Position numbers and translations under genes: made by a program. A stretch of DNA of 64,000 nucleotides from Lophium mytilinum (lineage: Eukaryota): contig MU004181.1 of assembly GCA_010093605.1 (NCBI GenBank), positions 992,001 through 1,056,000 of the forward strand, in the 5' to 3' direction. Position 1 is the first letter of the stretch. Each line of letters starts with the position of its first letter. Under the pieces are notes generated by a model, which did not search any database, was not told where the DNA came from, and saw only the letters and a program-made list of their open reading frames with translations. Positions 1 to 10,980 of the stretch are shown here, piece by piece.

Positions 1-247
1 TGGAAGTGGGATCACCCGCTCAATCGATTCGCGCCATTCGCCTCGGAGAGCAGCGGCGAAGAAGTCTGAGCTCTTGACGAGAAAGGAGTCGTGGATCAGA
101 AAATCCTGAGAGCGGTTTGTAGAGCTGACTCGAACAGTGACCACGGTCGATCCTATGCTAACTTGTGTTAGTATGCACGTATTTGTTCAACTGGATTCGG
201 AGAGCTTGCCCGACTGCCTGGGAGGCGGGACGCCGGACTTCGGTCAT
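1..247 (-). CDS. BTB/POZ-domain protein, 5' part; the gene runs off the window start
   Basis: Exon 157..1 translates to IGSTVVTVRVSSTNRSQDFLIHDSFLVKSSDFFAAALRGEWRESIERVIPLP, a typical fungal BTB N-terminus (F.IH..L...S.FF.AAL.G.W.ES). It is preceded by a TACTAAC branch point and TAG acceptor. The putative exon 1 (247..210, MTEVRRPASQAV) joins in frame through a GC-AG intron at 209..158 and is less certain. Confidence 0.75.
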
Positions 248-740
248 CTTGGCTTGCAAGAGTAATAAGATGAAAATAGGAGAGACAGCAGAGTGTGGCC
301 GAAGGATCTACGAAGTAGGCTGTGATATGATGTGATATGCTGTGGTGGTGGTTGTGGTTGTGAGGAGGGATGTCCTTGCTACGGTACGAAAGATTCAGCC
401 ATTTATATATTAGCTCCCCCAAAACTTGCTTGCTGTCAGTGAATCGACCACGAATTCCCATTTTCATCGTGTGGAAAAAGACACCGAATCGGGAGGGATG
501 GAGAATCCAGAGAGAGAAGAAAGGTAGCAGCAATGAGCTGCTACTCTTCAAGCAAAGCTTAACGGAGCTAGAACAAAGATGTTGAAAGCTCGTAGCGTTA
601 GCAATAGCACTAAAGCACACATAATCCATCAACTCGGTCACATCACGCTTCCAACGCCAAAGTCTTCATCCTAAAACCCACAAAAACAACACCCACCAAA
701 AAAACAAACCCTCAACCCTCACCCCATCTATCAGAAGAGC

Positions 741-747
741 AAAAAAA
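741..747 (-). terminator. RNA polymerase III oligo-T terminator of the tRNA gene
   Basis: A7 on the plus strand is T7 on the minus strand, just 3' of the tRNA discriminator base. Confidence 0.8.
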
Positions 748-750
748 GAT

Positions 751-888
751 TACTCGGACTGAGGTTTGAACTCAGGACCTTCAGTGCAACTAATGTTACT
801 GCTTTGGTATTAGTATTGAAAACCTCGAATGCGGTTTGGAACTGGGATAACCTACGACTGACGTGATAACCAACTACACCATCCGAGC
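751..888 (-). tRNA. tRNA-Val(AAC) with a 57-nt spliceosomal-type intron (855..799) and a 7-nt canonical tRNA intron (793..787)
   Basis: The spliced 74-mer GCTCGGA TG GTGT AGTTGGTTA TCAC G TCAGT CT-AAC-AC ACTGA AGGTC CTGAG TTCAAAC CTCAG TCCGAGT A folds into a complete cloverleaf. A box (TGGTGTAGTTGG) and B box (GTTCAAAC) are intact, the discriminator is A73, and a T7 terminator lies 3 nt downstream. Confidence 0.9.
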
Positions 889-1716
889 TTAATAAGCGGT
901 ATCAAATATAATTGCAGCTATCATCTAAGAGGCTCGGGAGGTGCGAGATGATGGCGTTGGTGATGATGTGTTGGCGGTGTGAATATTGCAAGGAGGAGTG
1001 GAGTAGGAAGTGTGAGGATGCCCCGCTGACCTTTCCGCATTCGGCTGGGGAGGGGGCAGTCAAATGATTTGACTGCGAGCTGTAGCATCTAATATTAGGG
1101 GGAACGCAACGTTATGTACATAGAGCGCCCCTGTTTTGCTACTAGCATCGATCGTTCTAGGTGATAGTCATGATCCAACAAATAATACTCTTTTTCTTCG
1201 CGATTCAAGATTTTCTACGTATAATGGAACGCATGTCAATTCAATAGCATTGTGATGTCCAACTACGGTTAGAGATCTGATCCTCATAATTTTTGAACAT
1301 TTCGACTGGATGTACGGCTGTACCTTCAAAAAGTTCACAAGTCAGCATAGAGGCACGAGTTTAGCATTGAAAGCCACGAAGAAGCGTGGCGCATATTCTT
1401 TACTTATTTGTACAATAGCAGTATTAATATCCTGGGTGGAGAGCATAACCAACTCGTAAATCCATCCCGCTGTATAGCCAAAGAAATCATGTCGATGAGA
1501 ACGTAAGCATATCCAGGCGCCATCCTAACCCGAGCCCAAGAAACCTGTCCTGTGAAGCCTAAAAGAAACCCCATAGAGTGAAACAAAAAAGAGATAGATG
1601 TGAAGGGCCGGCTATGAACACTCCTAATATCACAGGTGCTGAGCGTGAAGAGGTACGTATGCTTGCACTGTATCACGCTATACCCAAAAAGAAATCGATG
1701 AACCAACTGCCGTCTC

Positions 1717-3719
1717 TTAGTTCTTTTGCACAAACTCCTCAACCCGCATCGTCTCCCCACTTGGGCGGGGCGACACATCAACGACGCTGCTGTCGGGTGT
1801 CCACGCGGTGGAGGTGCTTGGTGTGTATTCCCTGAACCCGTTCACAACTACATCACTGCTGTCCTCGGCATCCTCATACGCCGGTGGCTCAGTACTACCA
1901 GACTCAGACCGGCAATCAGCCTCAGACCGGTAGTCCGGAAGGCTACTTGTGCGGCTCGGCGGCTCCGAGCTCATCACCGGCAGTTCCGCAATCGTGAAGG
2001 CTGGGTGCGAGTTCGGCTCCATACCCATGTGGATTTGTCTCTGCAGCTGCTCATGTTGAAGCGACGACATGGCTGAGCGCCCTTCCTCCGCTTGCACTAG
2101 ACTATTTACGACGCCATGCGCAGCTCGGAATTGTCTGATCTCTTCTTGCATCGCGGCCTCGAGGATGCTTTCTTGCTCGTTAATGAGCGCTCGTTTCTCC
2201 TCATAGTCGGCGATGCGTCCAAGATCGTGATTGCGGTACCACCAGCTAGCCCATGCCTGGCGGCGGGCAGCTCGACGGTATTGGCGTGCGGTGCGGCGCT
2301 CCTCTCTTGCAGCACGGCGGTCAGTGCGGGCGCGGAGGGTACAGCACCGGCGGTGGAGGAAAGCGACGAGGGCGGTCAGACCAAGGGCGGAGGCGAGAAT
2401 GCTCAGGGCTTTGACGAGGGGAGAGTGAGGTGGGGGAGGGGGACCGTGGTGATGGCCATGGTGAGGGGGGCCGTGATGTGGTGGTGGTGGAGGCGGAGGT
2501 GGAGGTCCAGGAGGATGGCCCTCAGGTGGTGGAGGAGGCGGCGGTGTGTGGGAACAGTTCCCGTTACACACCGCGTGTATTTGCTCCGGCAGGCCGTGAG
2601 TCTGCCAAACGGCGTGGTAGGGGTCGTTAGGCCCTCCCATCGGTGGAGGGGGGTGATGTGGACGGAGTCGAATATAAATGATCTTGACAGCGCCGTGTGC
2701 CTTTCGTGCAATCGTCTTAACTATGCATGTGAGGCTGTCACACTGCTTCAGCTCCGCTTTGAGACTAGCGGCGTCGTGCCGGAGATGTTCTCTGATGCGT
2801 TGCTTCTTCTCGCGGATCTGGTCCCGAAGTACTTTGGCCTGCTGTTGAAGGTGTTTGAGCTCGGCGATCTCCTCCTCGATAGAGTGGAATTTTAGTTGGG
2901 TTTCCTCGACAGTTCCCTCAGATAGACGTAAGTGTGCCGGCGGTTCTCGCCAGGAGTCGGAGAACTTCTGGTCGCCTGCGGTAGGATCGGGGAACAGTTC
3001 AAGCCTGAGTAGCTCCGGAGGAGACAACTGCTTGAAGGAGATGGTGAAACCAGAAGACTGTGGAATCGGCCTGCCATCAATGGCTTTGATATTCACGGTG
3101 AGAACTTGAGCATTCTCAGCGTCGGTAGGTGCGTCTTTAGATTCGGGACCCTCGAGGCAGGTTGAGCCCCAGGATAGGTCCAAGTCGTGTGTGCGGAACC
3201 ATTCATTTTTCTCTAGGTCAGACACTCCCTCAAAAGAACCTTCGCCGTGGCCGTGGTCGCCGGTCCATTCCTGAGCGAGGTAACGGCCATTAAGCGTGAT
3301 GTTAGAAACGCCACAGGGTGACTCGGATGAGAATGCCTGGAAGCTGAAGGTCTAATGAGGAGAGGTAAGCTTGAGTTCAATGATACTGCTGCCTGAGGTG
3401 TAAGGTAAGCACAGAGTATACGTACGAGGGACTCGTCATCGTGGCTGTTAGGCTCTTGGCTCAGACAGCCAGGACACGGGATGCTGAATGTCGCCGTTGC
3501 TTGCGAGTCTTGCAAGTCTAGATGTTATTTGTTAGCAGCTGCCTGGACGGAGTGGATATATAAGAGCAAGGGCGCACCAAGCTCGATGGTAGGATTTGTC
3601 GCTTCTGCATTGTCAAGATTCCCATGTCCCGGTGGACCCGGCGGTGGTGGGATGGCGGCAGAAGAGACGAGAGCTGGGAGAGCCCACGCCCAGGCCAGCG
3701 ACTTCAAAGAGGGCCGCAT
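1717..3719 (-). CDS. Hypothetical single-pass membrane protein (signal peptide, coiled coil, Pro/His-rich linker, TM helix, PY-like motifs in the tail)
   Basis: Signal-peptide exon MRPSLKSLAWAWALPALVSSAA, two GT-AG introns (second at 3424..3351), then the 502-aa ORF with TM segment ALSILASALGLTALVAFL and LPDY/PPAY motifs. Confidence 0.8.
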
Positions 3720-4467
3720 GGTTGAAAAGAAAGAAGAGAAAGAGCAGAACGACTAGGAGAAGAGCAAAGACAACAGAAGCACTACGATTTGGCTTAAAAA
3801 AATCTCCAGTCCCGGCGCGAGAGTAGTGAACAGCTGTCCCAGAGATCAGATTCCAGGCACCAGCAACTCGGGGAACCCTTCGTATTATTGGCGTCGACGC
3901 GAGAAACAGTCTAAGCCTGGCTGGGTGAGGGCTGATGCACAGCCTGCGTGCCCTGCCGCGTCACCTCGATGCGCCGAGTGGGGCCTCGAAGCTCATGGAG
4001 GCTTTCGCATCTCCTGGCAAAGCTTCAATTGCATCTTAATAGCTGCGTTGATAATAGTTAAATAGTAGTGACAGTGCGACAGAGCAGCGAGCGGTACCGA
4101 AGCTTGAGGGTATGAGGTACCGTGGAAGCATTTGAAAACACCACGTTTCGCTTGCGAGAACTGTAGCTCAACGTCCAAAATCGCGGTGGTACGTACCGTC
4201 CCTCTGCCGATTGGCCTCCACATCTGCAGGGCTGCAGCCTTGTCGCGGCCTCCCAGGGTTGGATTGATTCTGTGGTGACATGGCGCCCATTGGTCGAGGC
4301 CCTATAAAGCACGTGACTCATGCCAAGCGCTAAACACGCAACCCCGCGACTTTTCCGTCACACTATCAACACTGAAGGACCTACCGAGCCCACCAAAACC
4401 CCCGCATCCGACATATACGCACCTCAGCTCCTTCTCAGCGGTTCTCGGCGCAGACGCCCTCAGCAAA

Positions 4468-4983
4468 ATGGCACGTCCCCTCCCCCTCCTGCTTCCTTCA
4501 GCTCTATTCGCAACCTCGAACATCGCAGACAGGACCCTAGCTGACCTGTATCAAGCTTCCTCTCGGCCTCCTGACAGCTGCGCAAGGCCATGCGATGCTC
4601 GTGGAGCTCAAGAATGGCGAAACCCTTAATGGCCATCTTGTTAGCTGCGACACGTGGATGAACCTGACCTTGAAGGAGGTCGTCCAGACCAGCTCGGATG
4701 GAGACAAGTTCTTCAGGATTGCTGAAGTATACGTGCGCGGAAACAATGTACGTTTGGACAACTATTGGATCCTGGAACACCCACTAACAAGCTGCAGATT
4801 AAATACATGCGCGTTTCAGACGACATTGTCGACATCGTGAAGGAACAACAGGCCAAAGACCAGGCAGCGCGTGCGGCTCGGACCGGGCAAGACCAGAGGG
4901 GTGGACATGGTGGCAGAGGCGACCGTGGACGAGGAATGGGTCGTGGCGGCCGTGGACGTGGCCGTGGCAGAGGCGGTTCGTGA
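4468..4983 (+). CDS. LSM4: U6 snRNA-associated Sm-like protein Lsm4
   Basis: ATG at 4468, GC-AG intron 4471-4555, exon 4556-4747 ([42 protein letters not shown]...YVRGNN), intron 4748-4797, then IKYMRV... ending in an RGG tail. Confidence 0.95.
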
Positions 4984-5609
4984 GAGCCGAAGACGCGGAG
5001 GAAGACCGCCCTATAACGAACGCTTAGATGCGGGAAGTACGCCATGGAGAGGAGGTATTATGGCTCTTACTGCGCCTATTGCCTGCGCTGCACAGTCGGC
5101 GAGGCTGGCGTTATTCGAAAGAGGATATTGGTTCGCAAAGAGAACCTCAATGGGATTAATTCGCGAATATGGCTAATGACCATGCGGGTCATAGTGCAAA
5201 TCACCTCGGACAATCGAACTAGGCAAACGCTGAGGATGTAAGTGAGGTACAGTGCAAGACCACGAAGTTGGTTCTCCAGTTCCTCATCAATCAAAAAAAA
5301 CTACTCTCAATCGATTAGCTGTAAAACTGTCACTTTCATCAGTTTTTCTTGCGTGAGATAATACGCACGTCGGCAGCGCCTAGAAAGGGACACTGTTCAC
5401 CGCTCGTCTATGAAATTGCTCGTACCTTCGGCCTCTGCGACTCGACTGCTCACTCCTGCTGTTACGCCGAGCGGGGTAGTACCTGCCGTAGGTAAGCTTC
5501 CGAGTCTCGTTAAACCGCGAGAAGAGACCACCTCGGTTTGCTCAGCCCAATATTTTATGATCACTGGTGATAATCCCCCAAGCTCCACCATCAAACCCAT
5601 CATCTCACT

Positions 5610-6838
5610 ATGACGGACCTCAATATCAAAAAGAGCGACCTCGTCGGCCTGAAAGGCAAAGTCGTAGTCATCACTGGTAAGCCTAATCCCGACTCGCCCA
5701 GTTTGAGTTCGGGTTTGCTCACATTCATGCTACACCACAGGTGGATCTTCCGGAATTGGACTCGCAACCGCCCAGCTTCTCCTCAGCCTCGGAGCCCAAG
5801 TAGTCGTGGGAGACACCAACGCCCCACCCGAAGCCCTGCATGCCACGTTCCTCAAGACGGACGTGAGGGTCTGGGCCGACCAGGTCGCCCTGTTCAATAA
5901 GGCCATCGAGACGCACGGCGTCATCGACCATGTCTTCGCCAATGCAGGTACGTTTTCGCTGTCCAATCACTGCAAAGTCCGCTGTGTGGGGCTGCTGTAC
6001 ACCTGTCTGCAGCCGCCTGAGGTGACCCATCAAGTTTACCGGCTGTTCAAAGTCGTCAACTTTAGCTCTTTCACTTGAGTGCCTTCAGACAGTGGCAACG
6101 AACATCATGGAATCATGCATGAGCTGTTGTTTCTATTGACTTTCCTATGCTCACACATCTCCTGCAGGCGTCGCCAAAACCACCAGCCTCATCGACGATG
6201 AACTCGACAGCAACGGCAACCTCAAAGCCCCAGACCTCATCACCTACAACGTCAACCTGATCGGCTGCATGTACACAACACGCCTGGGCGTCTTCCACCT
6301 AAAGAAGAACCCAAAGGGCGGCAGTATCGTCGTCACCGGCTCAGCCTGCAGTACGCCCACCCCCCATGCCCCATCCAATACATAGAATCCCCCCACTAAC
6401 CCACCCCCAGGCTACCAAGGCTTCAGCGTCGTAGATTACTGCACCGCCAAACACGGCGTCCTCGGTCTCGTCCGCAGCGTCAAAGCGCAGCTCCCACCCG
6501 CTCTCAACATCCGCATCAACTGCCTCGCCCCGGAATGGACCGACACGGGCCTCGTCAAGAGCACCTTCTTCCGCTCGCTCGACGTCCCGGTGCAGGGCCC
6601 CGAGGTTGTTGCGCTGTCGGCAGCGCTCTGCATGGCGGATGGCGCGCGCAACGGCCAGCTGATTCTTTCGAAGGAGGGCAAGTTCAAGGAGCTCGAGGGT
6701 GGGTATATGCCGTGGTTGGTGACGCAGACGGGCGGCGAGAGCGTGTCGATTGAGGCGGCGTTGGCGAAGCTGCAGCTGAAGATCAAGGAGGTGGCAGAGG
6801 CGCCGGATGCGGAGGCGGGCGCTGAGGGAGGCGTGTAG
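5610..6838 (+). CDS. Short-chain dehydrogenase/reductase
   Basis: [13 protein letters not shown] Rossmann motif split by intron 5677-5740, DHVFANAG, 220-nt intron 5948-6167, and catalytic YCTAKHG (YxxxK). Confidence 0.9.
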
Positions 6839-7364
6839 TTGGAGGAGGAGCTTATGGCGATGCATGACGGGAGACGTGGTGTGGTTAGGGAGTTGGGGCA
6901 TACTCATGACCTCCGGATGCTAGAGAGTGGTTCTCGAGCTGGTTGAGGGAGAGTCTTATCTTAGCTAGGGATAGCCTGACATTAAATCATGATCTTCGAG
7001 CTCTATCCACCACTTTGATTGACAGGAGTTTCAGATGGCATATGGGCCATGAAAAAGGTGGTACTCTGCCTTTTGTGTATGGTAGATGAATGGCAGTGAA
7101 AATCGGCAGTTCACGAATTCGTGTTTGACACCGCTTGAGCTTCCTCCAAGATGCTACTACTAGTCTTGGAAATAGCAGGTTTGGCAAGCCTGATAGCTCT
7201 CCAGGCCACCTTGATGGTGCTAGACTGCTGGAGTGTGCCAGATATTTTCTGCCTAGCGAGAATGGCTGTCAGAGTATGTGTCTATTTTTATACATGTAGC
7301 TTCTACAATTGTGCACTGAGTCGTATTTTACAAGCCCAGCTCGCCCACATACACGCGTCACATT

Positions 7365-8727
7365 CTACCTCCTCTTCAGATACCAATTGAAAGCGAGCTG
7401 GTTCGTATCCACCGAGAAGGGGGACGGTACTTCTGAGAAGCCAGGCCTCGCAACAGGATGCCTGAGATACACCGCCGCGCAGATATTCTGGTTGACTTCT
7501 AGATATCGTGGAATGAAGGCAAACGCAGACATGTATGGTCTAGGTCGCCAGGGTGTGGCGTAAGGCTTCCTTCCATCCTCTTTATTCCAAACAGAGCCGA
7601 TCATAATCCTCTCTTCCGCGAACTCGAAAGCTTCTTGAATGAGGCTCATGTCCTCTCCTGTGGTTTCAGCAACGGGCGCGTACTCCCTTTTAATGAGGTC
7701 GAGCTGGTCCTCAAGGGTTTCGGTCGACAGATCTGTAGCACTCTTATGGAGAGAGATGGCTCGCTTGACCTCGTTGCGGAATCGTCGAAGATTCTTTCTC
7801 AACTTCGTGTGGACGCCATCCTTCGCCGAAAGGACCTTTTTCGTTCGCCTCATCAGGATAAGTAGGCGCTTCCTCAACGCTTCGGGACTTGCGTCTGGTG
7901 CGCTTATGATCTCGGCTTGCTTGGACTCGCCATCTATACTAACTGGTCCGACCTTGGCGGCTTTGCTTACTTTGGTCTGCTTGGGACCTGTGGCATGGGC
8001 GGCCTTCAGCTTGCGGTATCTTTGGCGGGTAGCTCTCGTCCTAGTCTTCGAGGCACCCGTGGCGAACAGAACGCGTTCGGGTTCGACTTGGAACATGTCC
8101 CCAGGGTTTAGCTGGTAGCCTGGGTATATCATCTAGAAAGATGGTCAGCAACCGGTATTCATGGACTCTCACCAACAGCATTTGAGACGCACCCTCTTTC
8201 CATTGACCTTGACGTAGCCATGGACGACGAACTGCCTCGCCTGCCGCGCACTGCTTGCGAATAACGACCTCCATACAGCCATGTCGAGTCGTCTCTCTAG
8301 CGGGTAGTATGTCATCTGCATGTATGGGGTTGGCGGCCGCGCCCTCTCTGCCCTCTCCACGTCCGCACCGGAGCCTCGTCCTTCAGCTTGCTCAGAGCCG
8401 TCGTTCTGAGCTAAGTATTTGTGGTCCATGGGAACAACGGCCGGGATGTTGCGGCGGAACAGGCGCTCCCACTGCTTCTCGCGGACCTGCTCGCCATGGT
8501 ATGCGCGCGTGATGGACTTGGCCTTCCATTTCTGCTGGAAGTAGGTGCCGCGGGTTTGGGTCGATGTGGCTTCGCGGAGGCGTGAGAGGTTGTATAGGGT
8601 CCACCGACTCCAGTCCTGGCGGACTTTCTAGGAAAGAAAAGGGTCAGTTGTGTCAATTGAGCGGAAGCTGTGGGAAGCTAGAGGGTCTCACAATCTTCTT
8701 CAGACCATGGAACCTCCTCGACCGCAT
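7365..8727 (-). CDS. NAM9: Mitochondrial small-subunit ribosomal protein uS4m
   Basis: [11 protein letters not shown] start, FQQKWKAK...[14 protein letters not shown]4 motif [35 protein letters not shown], and C-terminal [23 protein letters not shown]. Confidence 0.95.
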
Positions 8728-9067
8728 ATTTGAAAGCGGCGGCAGGGGCAATTGGAGATAGGGAGATGGCGTGTATCGATGTTGGATGTCTGCATGAATT
8801 CTCTCAGTTCGCGATGATCACGTGTGCCATGTCGGTGCTGGGGTTTCTTTTTGCCGGCGAATGGCCCGGGCGATCCCTGCCGGCTAGAACTAGCGCCCGG
8901 CGCAAATTTCTGAGGTTGATTGAGCTCCCCACCAAAGCTCCATCCAGTTCACTTCCTCACTTCACCACCACGCTGCAGAAATCTTTCAATCAGCTTTCCT
9001 TTTTCAAAATCCGTCTTGCTGGCATCGCAAAATCTATCCAAAAGTACGATACAGCTTCTCTACCACC

Positions 9068-10576
9068 ATGTCCGACGATACTGCCACTGCGGCAGCTGCG
9101 ACTGCCCCTCCCCAGGAAGAGCAGGTGAAGGCCGCTGAATCTGTTGATGAACCGACGCCCGAAAAAGCCACTACCCCAGCTGAAACTAAGCTGCCCTCGA
9201 CCGATTCTACCCCTGAGAAGAAGACTGCGGAAGACAAGGTCGAAGCTGAGAAGCCCAAGGACGAAAAGGTCCATGGCGACAAAAACTCCAATGGGAAGAG
9301 GGAGTTCAATGGCAACCGGGAGGGCAGATCATACAATAACAGACAGGCTAATGTCAAGACGAAGTTCGAGGACCTTCCAGAGTCCAAGGACCCCGAAGAG
9401 ATTCGCAAGCAGGTCAGCAACTACATTGCTGCTACAATTGGCCCCATGCTAACTCACTTAGGCTGAGTTCTACTTCAGTGACTCAAACCTTCCCGGGGAC
9501 AAGTATCTGTATGAGCTCGTCGGCGGACCCGAGAACAAGGCTGTTCCAATCAGCATCATTGCCAGTTTCAAGCGCATGCAGCGCTTCAAACCATTCTCCG
9601 CTGTCGTGGCTGCGCTTGAGGACAGCAAAATTCTTGAGGTGGTCAACGGCGACCAAGTCAAGCGCAAGGATCCGATCGCCATCACGGCTTCCTACGACCT
9701 CGATCCCCGTGCCCAGCTCATGGCGGAGAATGACGTTGCCCAGCCGCGCAGCATCTACGCCAAGGGCTTCGGCGAAGAAGGCTCCACGACGCAATTCGAC
9801 ATCGAGGCGTTGTTCGAGCCATTCGGACCTATCAAAGCCGTTCGTCTTCGTCGCACCCGCGACAAGGAATTCAAAGGCAGCGTCTTCGTTGAGTTCGCGG
9901 ACGAGAGCCTGATGGAGGCATTCCTGGCGCTGGAGACTAAGCCTAAGTGGAACGGGGAGGATCTCAAGATCATGACCAAGAAAGAGTACTGCCTTGCCAA
10001 GCTCAAGGACATCGACGAGGGCCGCGTTCAGCCCAACGTGAACAAACCATCATACTACAAGAAGCCTCAGAATGACGGTGATTGGAAGAGCGGCCGCAAA
10101 GACTTCCAACGTAGCGGGGAGTTTCGAGGCCGGGGTGGTCGTGGTGGTCGTGGTGGCCGTGGCCGCGGGCGTGGTGGCGAGAGGCGTGGAGGTCGTGACG
10201 GCGATAGACGTGATGGTCGTGATGGCAGAGACGGCCGCGATGGTCGCAATGGACGGCGGGACAGGTCTAGGTCTCCCCGTGGACCAAAGCTCGATGCCCA
10301 GTAAGTCTTTCAAAACTTTTGACTTGATATAGAAGCTAACAAGGGCTCAGGGGGATTCCAATCGTCCAAGTTCTTACGCCTCCCATTTCCAAGCCGGCTG
10401 ACTCCGCTCCCAACTCCGCTGGAAAGAAAGCATCTCCAGTCCCAGAGAAGAAGGCTGAGGCAGGAGCGGATGCCGCAGCTACTTCAACCAAGAAGCGCTC
10501 TCGAGAAGATGACGCCCCGGAGGCGCAGTCTCCTCAAGAGAAGAAAGCCAAGACCGAGGTTTCTGCTGAAGCGTAG
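9068..10576 (+). CDS. LHP1: La autoantigen homolog (La motif, RRM, RGG/RDG repeats)
   Basis: EIRKQ|AEFYFSDSNL La motif, FKRMQRF, RRM with RSIYAKGF and FKGSVFVEF, and a last exon with a KKRSRE...KKAK NLS-like tail. Confidence 0.92.
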
Positions 10577-10980
10577 GCGAGATAGCGAGACAGATCAGTC
10601 GCACGGTGTTTCCTTTGTTTTCTATTTCAACGGAACTGCACAGGCATTTGGGTTTGATTTCGATCTTCTGCATCAGGCGGGTATCATTTTAACGGCGTGA
10701 ATGAGTCACGAGGCTTCACACGGGTGAAGATCAGCATCATTTCCTTTGGCTTGCTCTATCACAACATCCGTATGAATTGGATGGAAAAAATCGGACGTTC
10801 CTCATTAGGGTACTTCTGCTTAAGGGTATGATACCACATTGCTGTAAAGCAACCGAAACCAGTTGCTACGTAGATGATCGGCTTTGAAGCCAGAGGCTCT
10901 AGTCATTATATTCATGACAGAATCAACAGATATCTACAATATTCCCTTCTCTGTTCATTGTGACCGGTCTCGATTCCACT

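Noticed and set aside
674..726. A/C-rich tract with ACCCTCA repeats resembling telomeric TAACCC
   Set aside because: Only two or three degenerate units, so this is low-complexity sequence downstream of the tRNA.
751..888. Reading the tRNA as Leu(TAG) with one 64-nt canonical intron (850..787)
   Set aside because: This puts G at the invariant U33 and lacks the long variable arm of tRNA-Leu. The Val(AAC) reading fits every position.
2116..2895. Long antisense ORFs (this one and others such as 25342..25938 and 61594..62280)
   Set aside because: They are shadows of GC-rich coding strands or low-complexity UTR, with no recognisable protein features.
5948..6167. 220-nt SDR intron as a riboswitch, snoRNA host or twin intron
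   Set aside because: No TPP aptamer motifs, box motifs or nested splice sites were recognised.
10130..10260. Tandem GGTCGT/GATGGT-type repeats
   Set aside because: They encode the RGG/RDG region of La and are not a separate repeat element.
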